The notes beneath the pieces are model-generated. The model was not told where the DNA came from, searched no databases, and worked only from the letters and a program-made list of their open reading frames with translations. Position numbers and translations under genes: made by a program. A stretch of 64,000 nucleotides of DNA from contig CAVZIW010000001.1 in NCBI GenBank assembly GCA_963775465.1, positions 1-64,000 on the forward strand, given 5' to 3'. Within the stretch, counting starts at the first letter, position 1; every line of letters starts with the position of its first letter. The DNA comes from Candidatus Bathyarchaeota archaeon (lineage in GTDB: Archaea; Thermoproteota; Bathyarchaeia; Bathyarchaeales; Bathycorpusculaceae). Of the stretch, positions 1 to 10,442 are shown piece after piece.

Positions 1-2
1 CA

Positions 3-248
3 GTAGCAAACGCCAAAGAAAAAAATGCCCCCACAGAAGCAAGCATTGCCTACGAGTTAAACAAATTAACCAATACCCAAACCAGCAGAGAGCAACTCAT
101 AAGAGAACTTGAAGAAGCAGAAGATATCGGTCTAATAAAAAAAACCTTGGTAAATAGAGAAGATCAACCCGCTTTTTCTTGGGAATCCCTATTGCCTGGA
201 GAAAGAAAGTTAAGTTCATTGTCCATTGTTTCTCGATTTTTCAAATAG
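3..248 (+). CDS. Partial CDS (C-terminal end), possible winged-helix protein
   Basis: Open frame from the window edge, ...EASIAYELNKL...SREQLIRELEEAEDIGLIKK...RFFK*; the helix plus GLI pattern resembles a wHTH. Confidence 0.5.
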   Translation, partial: VANAKEKNAPTEASIAYELNKLTNTQTSREQLIRELEEAEDIGLIKKTLVNREDQPAFSWESLLPGERKLSSLSIVSRFFK

Positions 249-277
249 AATCAAAATCCGACCCCAACAAAAGATGA

Positions 278-370
278 TTATTCGGGCGTGGGGGTTGCGG
301 TTGCATCCATTACGTTTAACACTGTCGTTGCAGCTAACGGCCAGTAACCGTTTGTTCCGTGGAAAGTAGC
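278..370 (-). pseudogene. Remnant of the C-terminal part of a beta-propeller surface protein
   Basis: Translates to ATFHGTNGYWPLAATTVLNVMDATATPTPE*, matching ASFQGSKGYWPSNAMSAFAVDPAPTTP in the 40693-43260 protein; no in-frame start. Confidence 0.6.
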
Positions 371-627
371 GCGCGCTCGGCATTATTTACAGGTTTGGAC
401 AGAAAAGAAAAAAGAAAACGTAAATTCCTCTTCTTTTTTGATACACTTTTTACGGAATCCGTTTACTGTCTATCGGATGATTCGGTTTAATTGGGTTCCG
501 TTGGAATCAACGAGTTCTCCTGCAGCAAGCATTGGAACCGAGGAATCCACAACTATTTACGCTGGCTAAATTCAAGAAAGCTAAACAAAAACGTGACAAG
601 CTTAAGCATTCAAGATATTGAGAGATT

Positions 628-978
628 TTATCTGTCTTTGTCGGTTTGTTTCTTGTTTAATCGTATTATGAGTTTGTGGTTTTTCTTTTCAAGAACCACA
701 TCTTCCTTTCCAATGTTATCTACAATTACTTCCCCGTTATACTTCATGCGACTCGTATAGCCCAGGTCTTCTAACTCTTGCATGAGGTGTTCACGAGATT
801 TTTTCAAAAGTTCACTTGATGTTTCGGGGTTTCTGTTGAAACAGAATGTTATTGTCTTATTTGATGCGTCGTAATTTGCTTTTGTGCCTTTGCCAATTTT
901 TTCCACTTGTCCCCATATGGCTTCTTTGTTTGGATCTCTCAGGTTAATCACCTTCAGCTTCTCTTTCTTAAACGTCAC
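628..978 (-). CDS. Hypothetical protein
   Basis: 116-aa ORF with typical protein composition. Confidence 0.55.
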   Translation of the reverse strand: MTFKKEKLKVINLRDPNKEAIWGQVEKIGKGTKANYDASNKTITFCFNRNPETSSELLKKSREHLMQELEDLGYTSRMKYNGEVIVDNIGKEDVVLEKKNHKLIIRLNKKQTDKDR

Positions 979-1276
979 TTTAGCTTTGCATATGACTCAA
1001 AAAATAATTGGTATTCGAACTTAATTAGTGTGCTGGGATTAAAATTTAATCTGTCTCTCTCTGTTTTCTAAACTGCTACTCTCCTATTCATAACCCCTCA
1101 ACGCACCCACAACAGTCACAACAACACGACATAACACAAATATTCTCATGGTTGGCAATCGTATATTCAACAGCCAAACCACGCTCAAATAAAGTATTAG
1201 GTAAGCAAATACCCTCATCAAACAATATTTGATTTCTCTTGTCAAGTACTATACAGGTAGGTACTCAGAAGAGTCG

Positions 1277-1612
1277 CTACTTTTCGAGTTTCCTTGCTTC
1301 TCTTTGAATCTGCTCTTGAGCAAATGCAATTAGTAGACATAAACCGTTGTTTCCCACTAGCATTTCGCTGTCTTTTAGTGAGGTAGCCATATCGTAAAAG
1401 ATGTTCTCAATTTCTTCTTCTGCATCTGGTTGCAACTTTAGCAATGATAAGTCAAGGTTTGTTTCTGCAAAAGGAAATCTCTCTTGCAGCTCTCGAAGTA
1501 TTGTTCTTTGTTCGCATAACTGCCTGGTTTCTTTTATCGACATACCTTTTCCTTTGTCAACGAGCATGTTAAAATTAAAAGTCAAATAGGTCAATAGGTT
1601 GATTTTTACCAT
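1277..1612 (-). CDS. Hypothetical protein
   Basis: 111-aa ORF. Confidence 0.6.
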   Translation of the reverse strand: MVKINLLTYLTFNFNMLVDKGKGMSIKETRQLCEQRTILRELQERFPFAETNLDLSLLKLQPDAEEEIENIFYDMATSLKDSEMLVGNNGLCLLIAFAQEQIQREARKLEK

Positions 1613-1671
1613 TTAGTGGTTCTCTCAAGGCAGTATTTCGAAGCAATTCTTAATTTTTCTATCTTCTTGCT

Positions 1672-1836
1672 TTAGCATACAGAATCTAAAAAAGCGGGTT
1701 TTTGTTTATCATCCTTCAAAACGAACTTGTAACATTCACATTTAGATTTAGTACATACTCTATCTAAAAAATATGAATGTTCACTTTTAAGATGACCACA
1801 CATGCACATTTCATCTCTAATTTTAGCTTCATTCAT
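1672..1836 (-). CDS. Small Cys/His-rich putative zinc-binding protein (54 aa)
   Basis: Manual translation MNEAKIRDEMCMCGHLKSEHSYFLDRVCTKSKCECYKF...; CxCGHxxxxH...C...CxCxxF pattern; below the ORF-track length cutoff. Confidence 0.55.
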   Translation of the reverse strand: MNEAKIRDEMCMCGHLKSEHSYFLDRVCTKSKCECYKFVLKDDKQKPAFLDSVC

Positions 1837-1979
1837 AAAGATTTCTCTTTGTTAAATAAACAACTTTAGCCTTCAAAAAGTTTTAGGTATGGTTCTAATC
1901 AAATTTTAGTTCCTTTCTCATTGCGAAATATACGAAACCGAAAACTGCTTATATACTAACGCCTCAGACTAGGCGATTG

Positions 1980-1998
1980 ATGGAAACATTGTTTCCAT
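1980..1998. promoter_or_regulatory. Perfect inverted repeat, putative operator
   Basis: ATGGAAACA-T-TGTTTCCAT between divergent small ORFs, near TATA-like CTTATATA at about 1948. Confidence 0.35.
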
Positions 1999-2739
1999 GC
2001 CCTATAAGAAATCAAATTCTTCGAATCAAAAAATTTTAGAGGTAGAAAAGAAATGACATCAAAAAAATCAAAAGTAAACGACTTAAAAATCAAAACAGAT
2101 TTCAATTATAGGACAAAAGAGGTCCAAAAGAAAAATCAAAATATCAACAAAAAAATTGAGACCTTTTTCCCCGTTTCAAATGAAGAGACACCCAAAAACT
2201 AACTAATCACAGTCAACAATTGATGTGCCCTTTTCTTTGACTTTACTATAAAAACGCCACCAATGCCTTTCTTAAGCGGCTTTTGCGATTGTAGCGCCGA
2301 AACAGAATATTAGAGCATGCGGTAACCCATATTGGCAGTCCACGCGCGCTAAACTACCTCAAGTCAGATTGGTTCAGCCAAACACTAACCTCGCAAACCA
2401 ACTTACAAAACAATCTAAGCTTCAAAAAGCCTTGAGGAGCTAAAGCAAGACCTGCGAGAAGCCAAAAAATTGAGATAATTAAAAAAGGTCATAGTGAAAC
2501 ACGAAGATAAACCATCACTGCCAGAACACAAAATCTTCAAAATACTCCCATAATCCAAACCCAATCACAAGCAAGAAACTCTAGCATCATTTATTCACCA
2601 ACCGGGTAATGAAGAATAGCTAAAAATGTATACATTATTTTTAATTCTAACTCAATGCCTGTTGGGTCGGAACAAATTTAATATACTACTCTGGTTTGAA
2701 AGGAGTACTGTTCGAAAGTTGGTCGCATGAGCAAAGAGA

Positions 2740-3243
2740 ATGATTATTCACCGCAACTTACTGGGCACAAGTCTACTAACATTATTAGTTATTGGTCTGT
2801 TCATAACGGTTCAACCTGCTTTCTGTCAGAGCTACGATCCCACACCGAGTTTTCAGACAGCCAATAACTCCGTAAACCTAGCCTTTGATTTGGTTTTGAA
2901 AGCTGAAAAAGCGGGTGCAAACGTCAAAGCCTTGCTTACCCAACTAAATGTAGCAGCTAATCTTATAGCTCAAGCAGAAAACTCATACAGAAGCGGCGAC
3001 ACAAGCATAATTGACAGCAATACCGACCAAGCAGTTGCCATTGCCCGACAAGTAACAGCACAAGCCACCACCTTAGAGAAATCCGCAACTGAAGCCCAAC
3101 AAAATGCCAGATTAACTTCAGTTCTGCTTGCTGTTCTTGGCTCAGTCATTTTTATTTTATCTTTAATTTTGATTTGGGGCTTCTTCAAGAGTCATTACCT
3201 TAATAGAGTTTTAGAGTCAAAGCCAGAGGTGGTCGACAATTAA
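2740..3243 (+). CDS. Membrane-anchored hypothetical protein
   Basis: Signal peptide, helical ectodomain, C-terminal TM helix. Confidence 0.75.
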   Translation: MIIHRNLLGTSLLTLLVIGLFITVQPAFCQSYDPTPSFQTANNSVNLAFDLVLKAEKAGANVKALLTQLNVAANLIAQAENSYRSGDTSIIDSNTDQAVAIARQVTAQATTLEKSATEAQQNARLTSVLLAVLGSVIFILSLILIWGFFKSHYLNRVLESKPEVVDN

Positions 3244-3838
3244 CCTATCCCAATACAAGCTAATTTTTATCGCCATAGCCATAATCGGCGTTCTTCTATT
3301 AGCCTCTCCAGCAATCGCGGGCTTTGTAGCATTGCCTGAAGGCGAGAGCTTCTCCGAACTCTACGTTCTGGGTCCACAACAGATGGCTCAAGATCTACCT
3401 TACAACGTAGTAGCAGATCACACCTACACGGTTTATTTAGGCGTCGGCAACCATCTGGGAGCCACCACTGATTATCTATGCTACATCAAACTAAGAAACC
3501 AAACCGACCCATTACCAAACACACAAACAACCACCGCAAGCCCACTAACTCCTCTCTACGAATACAGAACCATAATTCAAGACGGCAAAAACTGGACTGC
3601 ACCCATGACTTTCTCTCTATCAGGACTATCGACTTCTAACAATCAAACAATACTGCAAACCCTAACCATCAACAACAGAGCGTTCAATGTAGAAAAAATA
3701 GCACAGTTCAACCAAGACAACAACGGATACTACTACCAAATCCTCATCGAACTCTGGGCCTACAACCCCACCTTCGAGGCATTCCAATTCCAGAACCGAT
3801 ACGTCAATTTCTGGCTCAATGCAACTGCCACAGGTTAA
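3239..3838 (+). CDS. DUF1616-like membrane protein
   Basis: ESFSELYVLGP motif; the frame extends upstream of 3332 through a TM helix to an ATT codon after SD GAGGTGG. Confidence 0.65.
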   Translation: MNLSQYKLIFIAIAIIGVLLLASPAIAGFVALPEGESFSELYVLGPQQMAQDLPYNVVADHTYTVYLGVGNHLGATTDYLCYIKLRNQTDPLPNTQTTTASPLTPLYEYRTIIQDGKNWTAPMTFSLSGLSTSNNQTILQTLTINNRAFNVEKIAQFNQDNNGYYYQILIELWAYNPTFEAFQFQNRYVNFWLNATATG

Positions 3839-3910
3839 TTTTAAAAATCATGCCTTCGATTTTTCCTTTGACAATGACTAAACCGATTTCTTTTCCACCT
3901 AAAATTCTCT

Positions 3911-4669
3911 TCAAGCTTTGTCAATTAAAGATAGTATTGAGTATAAATCATTTAGAGTCGTGGAAATCTCATCAACGAGTCCGTTAATAACGCAAGCAAA
4001 GTCTTCGGGTCTTCTCTTAATTACCTTGCCAATCAAGTACCTGTTAGCCGTCAGAGGGGTTCGTTCGAGATGTCTGGTTTCTTCGATAGCTCTTTCAAGG
4101 GTCATCCTAGTGCTGCTATACAGAGCAAGACACCATTGAAGAGATTGCACGTTTCTTACGTGATAGTACCAAAAGGTGTCACAAAGGCAGTATCCGGTGT
4201 TTTTATTATTGAGGGATTCAACCTCGTTTGTTAATTCTCCGTTCAAAAGCATTTCATAATATCTTATCCTAAACTTGTGAGCTTGACTTCCGAAATTCAA
4301 TCCTATCCTAATTTCAATAGGCGTAAAAGTTACTCCGACGCTTGCTCTATCAATGTGTGCCTTAATATCAGGTGTTTTAGCTGTTACAAAAGGCAGCCAT
4401 ATCCCACCAGTATAAGGAGTGAACCCTGATATGTATGCACCCCGCAGTGGGGTCGTCAGTCTTTTTTCTATTTCCAACTTTAAAGTCGGACACTTCTCAT
4501 AGAGTCTATCGAGGTTATCAAAATCCGATTCAACAAGCTTCCCGTATGACTCATTTGCAGAAAATGCTCTCGTATCGAGAGTTGCAATTTCCTCAAATGT
4601 TCTATTTTTAAGTTCCTCATCTTGGTCCATGCCCGCTTCGGAGCAAAGAAACTGTAGCATTTCTTGCAC
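3911..4669 (-). CDS. Hypothetical protein
   Basis: 252-aa ORF. Confidence 0.7.
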   Translation of the reverse strand: MQEMLQFLCSEAGMDQDEELKNRTFEEIATLDTRAFSANESYGKLVESDFDNLDRLYEKCPTLKLEIEKRLTTPLRGAYISGFTPYTGGIWLPFVTAKTPDIKAHIDRASVGVTFTPIEIRIGLNFGSQAHKFRIRYYEMLLNGELTNEVESLNNKNTGYCLCDTFWYYHVRNVQSLQWCLALYSSTRMTLERAIEETRHLERTPLTANRYLIGKVIKRRPEDFACVINGLVDEISTTLNDLYSILSLIDKA

Positions 4670-4697
4670 TTTGGAATTTGCCCTTTCGGGGGTAGTT

Positions 4698-5012
4698 TTA
4701 GAACCGGTTCAGTATTAGGGCGTTATAAAAATCCATGTATTCTCTGAGTTTCTTTGCTGTTGGAGGATTTATGTGGTTTTTCTGTTCTAAGAAACGGATG
4801 ACCTCATGCACTCGAATATCACTTGGATTTTCTTTCTGGAACTTGGGAAATTTTAGTCCAGTCTGGATTAGCACTCTGTTGAGAGATAGCGCACAAAGAG
4901 AAGCGTCAATGCCTTGAGGTCCAACTAGATACTCCTTGAAACGTTGGAGCGCCAGGATGTAGCGAATCATATCTATCGTGTTTTGGTCAAACACAAAAAC
5001 CGACATAATCAA
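4698..5012 (-). CDS. Hypothetical protein
   Basis: 104-aa ORF in tandem with the previous gene. Confidence 0.6.
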   Translation of the reverse strand: MIMSVFVFDQNTIDMIRYILALQRFKEYLVGPQGIDASLCALSLNRVLIQTGLKFPKFQKENPSDIRVHEVIRFLEQKNHINPPTAKKLREYMDFYNALILNRF

Positions 5013-5352
5013 TCTCTTCTATCTGCGAATTTGGTTTGCACAGTTTCTTCTATTGAACGCATGTTGTTTTCCGTATTAGTTAAGGAGTTGATAAATTTCA
5101 ATTTTGCGAATGCGCGCTGCTTTTTTCTGTTTGTCGTTGTCTGTGTGGTTGTTCGACTTATAGGTGTTTGAGAGAAGGATTTGTTGTCCCTCGAATTTTT
5201 CGGTGAGTTTAACGTTCATGAAACAAAGCAAAAATGATCTTTGACCCCCTCAACCTGAGTAGTTGTTTGAATACGGCTAGAAGGAGAAGAAGTAGTAGTA
5301 TCTCTATTTTCTTTTGATACAAACAAATGCTAAACATGGAAAACTCCTTTGT

Positions 5353-5991
5353 TCAGTCGACATAAAATAGGAGCTTTTCCAGGTTGGGTATGATCCAGTC
5401 AGGGTTAGCCTCTTTTAGTTGTTTAATCGTAGCTATTCCGGTTGTCACGGCAATTGTTTTGATGCCGGCGGCTTTTCCTGTTAGGATGTCTATGGGGCTG
5501 TCTCCGACGTAGAGACATTCGTCTTTTTTTATTCCGAATTCTGATATGATCTTGTCAAGTCCCTCTGGGTTAGGTTTGTTTTTAGCGTCTTCCTTGGCTA
5601 TCATAATGTCAAAGTAATCTTTCAATGAAAATTTCTTCTCGACAGCCATTAATGGTTTAATCGGTGTTGTGGTAAACAGACCTAGCTTTATCCTTTTAGA
5701 TTTTAGAGTTTTCAGGGTGGACTCAACGTTTGGAAGCAGTTGACAGTGCACGCTGCAAAATGACGTGTAAGCCTCAAAGACGTCTTTTTCAATTTCTTTT
5801 GCGGCAGATTCGGATATATGGGCTTTCGAGCTTATAATGTCGATGACTGGAAGTCCAGCCAAGGCGCCAAGCAGCTCGGCTTCGATCGTGGGCAAGCTTC
5901 GCCTTCTAAGTGCATCATTTAAAGCGTTGAAAACCATCGGCATCGAATCCACTATTGTGCCATCAAAATCAAACACAATGCCCCTAATCAT
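5353..5991 (-). CDS. HAD-superfamily hydrolase (phosphoglycolate phosphatase-like)
   Basis: Motif I FDFDGT, KPNP, GDSPID. Confidence 0.9.
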   Translation of the reverse strand: MIRGIVFDFDGTIVDSMPMVFNALNDALRRRSLPTIEAELLGALAGLPVIDIISSKAHISESAAKEIEKDVFEAYTSFCSVHCQLLPNVESTLKTLKSKRIKLGLFTTTPIKPLMAVEKKFSLKDYFDIMIAKEDAKNKPNPEGLDKIISEFGIKKDECLYVGDSPIDILTGKAAGIKTIAVTTGIATIKQLKEANPDWIIPNLEKLLFYVD

Positions 5992-6126
5992 TTTTGTCTC
6001 CTCAGTCGGAGATGAAACTTATATTATTAAAACCTAATTGAGACAATGATGAAATTTTCGTTCTTAAATCGGCTATGCCAAACACAATTACACGTTCAAC
6101 TTGATTTCACATAAAAATTCATCTTA

Positions 6127-6456
6127 TCATTGATTAAAAAAAATAAAAGTAGAAATTAAAAAACTAACTTTACTCAGCAGGTTAGCTTCTTCATTAGGTT
6201 CGACTGTCATTTCTTCGATTGGTTTAGGTGGAGGAGTAGTTGCCATTGTGTAGCCTATCCAAGCGCCGATTCCAAGAATAGCGATGAATGCAACAAAAAC
6301 GGGAATTGCAATAACCCAAAACTGAACGTTAGCTGTGCTCCCTAAAAGTCCAATACTAACAAGCCAGTTGGGGTAAAAGAGCGTAACGAGATAACCTATT
6401 GCAACGACGACACAGACAATTAGAATTGCTGCGCCTATTGCTTGATCTTTACTCAT
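6127..6456 (-). CDS. Small two-TM archaeal membrane protein
   Basis: Two hydrophobic helices followed by WIGYTMATTPPPKPIEE. Confidence 0.75.
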   Translation of the reverse strand: MSKDQAIGAAILIVCVVVAIGYLVTLFYPNWLVSIGLLGSTANVQFWVIAIPVFVAFIAILGIGAWIGYTMATTPPPKPIEEMTVEPNEEANLLSKVSFLISTFIFFNQ

Positions 6457-6571
6457 GGTTGAATTTTCACCACCTTGTAAACAACATTACCCCCATTTAG
6501 TAAGATTGCTTTTATTAAGCATATTCTTTTTTTCGACATATTTGAGCGTCAGTTTATGCAAAAGTATGAAA

Positions 6572-7402
6572 CTAAGTTAAGGGTGCTATAGTGATTTGAT
6601 ATAGGTTTGGCCAATTTTTCCCTGTTACATAGAGGTTACTTGTTTTTTGGTCGTATGCAATGCCGTTTAGAACTGATTCGGAGTTACTGGCATTGTAGAT
6701 ACCAGTCAAATCTATGTAACCCTTAACTTCACCTGAAGTAGGGTTTATAATCACTATTTTTTGCTGGTGCCAAATGTTTGCATAGATGTCACCGTCGACA
6801 TATTCAAGCTCATTGAGGTAGTCGATGGGCATATCGGCATCGTGAACACTTACCTGCCTAACTATTTGAAAAGTTGCAGGATCAAGAAAATACAAGGTGG
6901 AAGAACCATCACTCATAATTAGCTGAGTACCGTCAAATGTCAAACCCCAACCCTCAGTTGAATAGTAAAAGTTAATCGTTTGTTTGAAGGTCTTCAAATC
7001 ATACACAAAACCAACTCCACTCTGCCAAGTCAACTGAACAAGAGAACCATTAACAAGTGCCAGCCCCTCAGCAAAATATTGTTCCGACAACATTACCTCC
7101 CTAATGACGATACCTGTCAAGTTGACTTCTCGCAAACTAGACGTCCCCAAACCTCCACAGCTTTCATAAAACAAGCCATCGGCAAAGACTAAACCTTCAG
7201 TGAACGCCGTCATATCATGCGGAATGGTGGCCACTACAGTGTACGAGTAACTTCTCGGGAAGCTATCATTTGAAATCAAACTATGAAAAGAAAAAAAACC
7301 AATAACAACAACCGCGACAAAGAAACATAACAAGACATAAACCCGTTTCTTCATAAAAAAACTAAACTTCAAACAGACTAAAATGCGTAACGCAAAAAAC
7401 AT
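6572..7402 (-). CDS. Glutaminyl-peptide cyclotransferase (beta-propeller type)
   Basis: PHD..AFTEGL, FAEGL, EGWGLT, LNELE, VLNGIAYD, TGKNWP motifs; true start probably the internal MKKR. Confidence 0.9.
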   Translation of the reverse strand: MFFALRILVCLKFSFFMKKRVYVLLCFFVAVVVIGFFSFHSLISNDSFPRSYSYTVVATIPHDMTAFTEGLVFADGLFYESCGGLGTSSLREVNLTGIVIREVMLSEQYFAEGLALVNGSLVQLTWQSGVGFVYDLKTFKQTINFYYSTEGWGLTFDGTQLIMSDGSSTLYFLDPATFQIVRQVSVHDADMPIDYLNELEYVDGDIYANIWHQQKIVIINPTSGEVKGYIDLTGIYNASNSESVLNGIAYDQKTSNLYVTGKNWPNLYQITIAPLT

Positions 7403-7481
7403 CTAGAAAAATCGAAGCGAAACACTTAAGAGCAGAGAAAATCTAACATCTGGCAGACCAAAAATAGGTGTTGAAATCAAA

Positions 7482-8033
7482 TTGGCTGTTGAAGGTTTTT
7501 TCGAAAACAAAAAGGAACCAGTAGAAGCAAAAGTCGGCGACTTAACTCCGCAATCTAAAGCAGTTAATGTCACGGCCAAAGTAGTATCCAAAACAGAAAT
7601 CAGAGAAATCCCCATGGGAAGAGACGGTTCACCACACAAGGTAAGCGACGCACTAATCGGCGACGAAACCGGCGTAGTATACCTCACACTATGGGACGAC
7701 AACATTGAAAAAGTCAACGAAGGCGATACCGTTCGAGTAGAAAACGGTTACGTAACGCTCTTCAAAGGCAACATACGCCTAAACATAGGCAAATACGGCA
7801 AACTTGAACCCGCAACGACACCACTCGAAGTCGAAGTCAACACAGAAAACAACGTATCCAGCAAGACATACGAACAAGAACGCAGACCATTCAGAGGCGG
7901 ACGAGGATTCGGAGGCGGCGGCTACGGCGGCAGAGACAGACGAGGCGGCGGAGGATACGGCGGAGGCGGCTACGGTGGCGGTCGAGATCGTCGCGGTGGC
8001 GGCGGTGGCGGCGGCTACAGACCAAGATACTAA
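7482..8033 (+). CDS. ssb: Single-stranded DNA-binding protein (single OB fold, crenarchaeal type) with Gly/Arg/Tyr tail
   Basis: GDETG, LTLWD, VENGYV, LNIGKYG OB-fold motifs. Confidence 0.88.
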   Translation: MAVEGFFENKKEPVEAKVGDLTPQSKAVNVTAKVVSKTEIREIPMGRDGSPHKVSDALIGDETGVVYLTLWDDNIEKVNEGDTVRVENGYVTLFKGNIRLNIGKYGKLEPATTPLEVEVNTENNVSSKTYEQERRPFRGGRGFGGGGYGGRDRRGGGGYGGGGYGGGRDRRGGGGGGGYRPRY

Positions 8034-8060
8034 GAAAAACGCTTAAGTTAGAACGAAAAG

Positions 8061-8090
8061 ATTTTTTCCTTTTTTTAATTTATTTTATTT
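8061..8090 (+). terminator. T-rich archaeal terminator
   Basis: TTTTTCCTTTTTTT run just after the ssb stop. Confidence 0.5.
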
Positions 8091-8188
8091 CTCATTCTTC
8101 AGCGCGCTATTCCATGGAATAACTAGTTTTTTCCGTAAAAACTTAAATCTTCAACAAAACTTTCAACGCTAAACAGGAGTTAACAACA

Positions 8189-9569
8189 ATGGTTGCCGAC
8201 AAATCTCAGATTAAACCCACAGTAGACGAATTACTGGCAAAAGCTAAAAAACCAGCCCGACTCTCGGGACCCATGCACCGATTCTACGAAGGCAAAATGC
8301 AAGTCATCCCCAAATGCGCAATCAGAGACGTCGATGACTTCGCAATCTGGTACACTCCAGGTGTAGCTGCCCCCTGCCGCGAAATCCAAGCCAACCCCGA
8401 CAAATCCTTCGAATTAACAAACCGCTGGAACAACGTCGCCATCGTTACCGACGGTACCCGCGTCTTAGGTTTAGGCGACATCGGTCCAGAAGCAGCAATG
8501 CCAGTTATGGAAGGCAAAGCGTTACTGTTTAAGTATTTAGGAGGGGTTGATGCCTTTCCGATTTGTCTGAAAACCAAGGATCCAGATGAAATTGTCCAAA
8601 TCTGCAAAGCATTAGAGCCAACATTTGGCGGTATTAACTTAGAAGACATCGAAAAACCAAAGTGCTTTAAAATCCTCGAGCAAGCCCGAGACCAAATGAA
8701 CATACCAGTCTGGCACGACGATCAACAAGGAACTGCAACAGTGATTTTAGCGGGATTAATTAATGCATTCAAGCTCGTAGGCAAAAAACCCAAAGAAGCA
8801 CTAATAACGCTAGTAGGTTCAGGCGCCGCCAACATCCGTACAGCATACGTATTAATGAAATGGGGCGTAAAACCCGGCAACATAATCCTAGCAGACAGCA
8901 AAGGCGTCATCTACAAGGGCAGAGCAGACATCATCCAAGAAGAAGACCCCTGGAAATACGACATAACCCAGAAAACAAACGCTGAAGGCAGAACAGGAGA
9001 CATATCCCAAGCCTTCAAAGGTGTAGATGCAGTGGTTGCTGCCTCAAAACCAGGACCAAACACAATAAAGAAGGAATGGATAAGAACCATGGCAAACAAC
9101 GCAATAGTATTTGCATGTGCAAACCCGATTCCTGAAATCTGGCCTTGGGATGCTGAAGAAGCAGGAGCACGCATAGTTGCAACGGGAAGAAGCGATTTTC
9201 CCAACCAAGTCAACAACAGTCTAGGCTTCCCAGCGATTTTCAGAGGAGTGCTAGACGTTAAGTCAAAAGCCGTCACAGATGACATGTGCATTGCCGCAGC
9301 CCAAGAACTAGGCAGATTACGCTGAGGAGCGAGAAATGGATGAAAAAAATCTGCTGCCACGAATGGATGAATGGGAAGTTTTCCCCCGAGAAGCAGTCGC
9401 ATGCGCCCTAAAATCCATCGAGCAGGGATTAGCAAGAGTAAAACCCAGCCGACAGGAACTCTATGAACGTGCTTCAGCTATAATTCAAAATGCCCGCCAA
9501 TCAACTGAGCTTCTACTGAAGCATGGCTTAATCAAGCAACCGCCAAGCGAAAAAGAACTTCTAAGATAA
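8189..9569 (+). CDS. NAD(P)-dependent malic enzyme, split by a +1 frameshift at about 9311
   Basis: YTPGVA, VTDGTRVLGLG, INLEDI, DDQQGTA, ATGRSDFPNQVNN; removing one G at 9311-9312 gives ELADYAEEREMD and joins the 9336 ORF. Confidence 0.9.
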
Positions 9570-9617
9570 TGCACATTACCTTAAGTTTTGAAGAACAACA
9601 AAAAGAGGATATAGATT

Positions 9618-9923
9618 TTAGAGCGGCGTAATTCTAATGATATTTCTTTTTTCCAACCTACGCAACGCATCTAGACACTCGTCTTTTTTTTCGCCTGAAA
9701 CGTTAAGGGTAAGCATTATGTCTTTAATCGAAACACCAGGTTTGCCAAAGCTCTCATGACGCTTGTAGAGGTGCTTAACAATGGATTTTTCTAGTCTACC
9801 GCATCGCCAAGTAGTATTGCGTATCAAAACAACTATGGTTCGGATAAGTGTCTGCTCGTTTGATTTTCTTCCACGAGTTTCTCCCATGTCTCCCCACAAC
9901 AAAGATAAACCGCACCATTTCAT
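9618..9923 (-). CDS. Hypothetical protein, possible winged HTH
   Basis: C-terminal ALRRLEKRNII. Confidence 0.6.
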   Translation of the reverse strand: MKWCGLSLLWGDMGETRGRKSNEQTLIRTIVVLIRNTTWRCGRLEKSIVKHLYKRHESFGKPGVSIKDIMLTLNVSGEKKDECLDALRRLEKRNIIRITPL

Positions 9924-9955
9924 TTAAACATTATTTCTAAACATCATGACATGGG

Positions 9956-10405
9956 TTAATACATTTTTTTAAGGTAGACCCCATGTTTTTTACCGTAATA
10001 TCTTTCGAGTTTGCCCAAAGTTTGGTAGCCAAGCTTTTGATAGAGCTTTAAAGCTGGGTTGTTATCCTCTCGCACTTCAAGACGAATTTGCGTTACGCTT
10101 CTCTGTTTTAGAAAACTCTCAATTTCCAGAAGCATCCTTGTGGCTATGCCTTTGCGTCGAAAGCTTGGAGCCACATTTATCGTTACTATGTGCCCGTACT
10201 CGGTGTTTTCTTCAACTTCAATTTGGGCAATAACAAAACCAGCTACATCTCCGTTTACTGTAGCAATCAACGCACGAGTGTTGTGGTCACGAAGCAGATA
10301 GTCTATTTGCTGTTTAGTGAACGCTTCATGATCAAAACAGTCTTCTTCAATTTCAAACAACTTATCAAGGAATTTTACGGTTGCAGCTTCAATTCTTACT
10401 TCCAT
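9956..10405 (-). CDS. rimI: RimI-like GNAT N-acetyltransferase
   Basis: RRKGIAT, LEVREDN.PALKLYQKLGY, YY. Confidence 0.85.
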   Translation of the reverse strand: MEVRIEAATVKFLDKLFEIEEDCFDHEAFTKQQIDYLLRDHNTRALIATVNGDVAGFVIAQIEVEENTEYGHIVTINVAPSFRRKGIATRMLLEIESFLKQRSVTQIRLEVREDNNPALKLYQKLGYQTLGKLERYYGKKHGVYLKKMY

Positions 10406-10442
10406 TTTTTTTCTTAGATAATAATTAGGGCGTGGTTTGTTT

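Noticed and set aside
8284-9435. Antisense ORFs over the malic enzyme, and similar ones over other conserved genes
   Set aside because: Shadow ORFs with no recognisable motifs, opposite well-supported genes.
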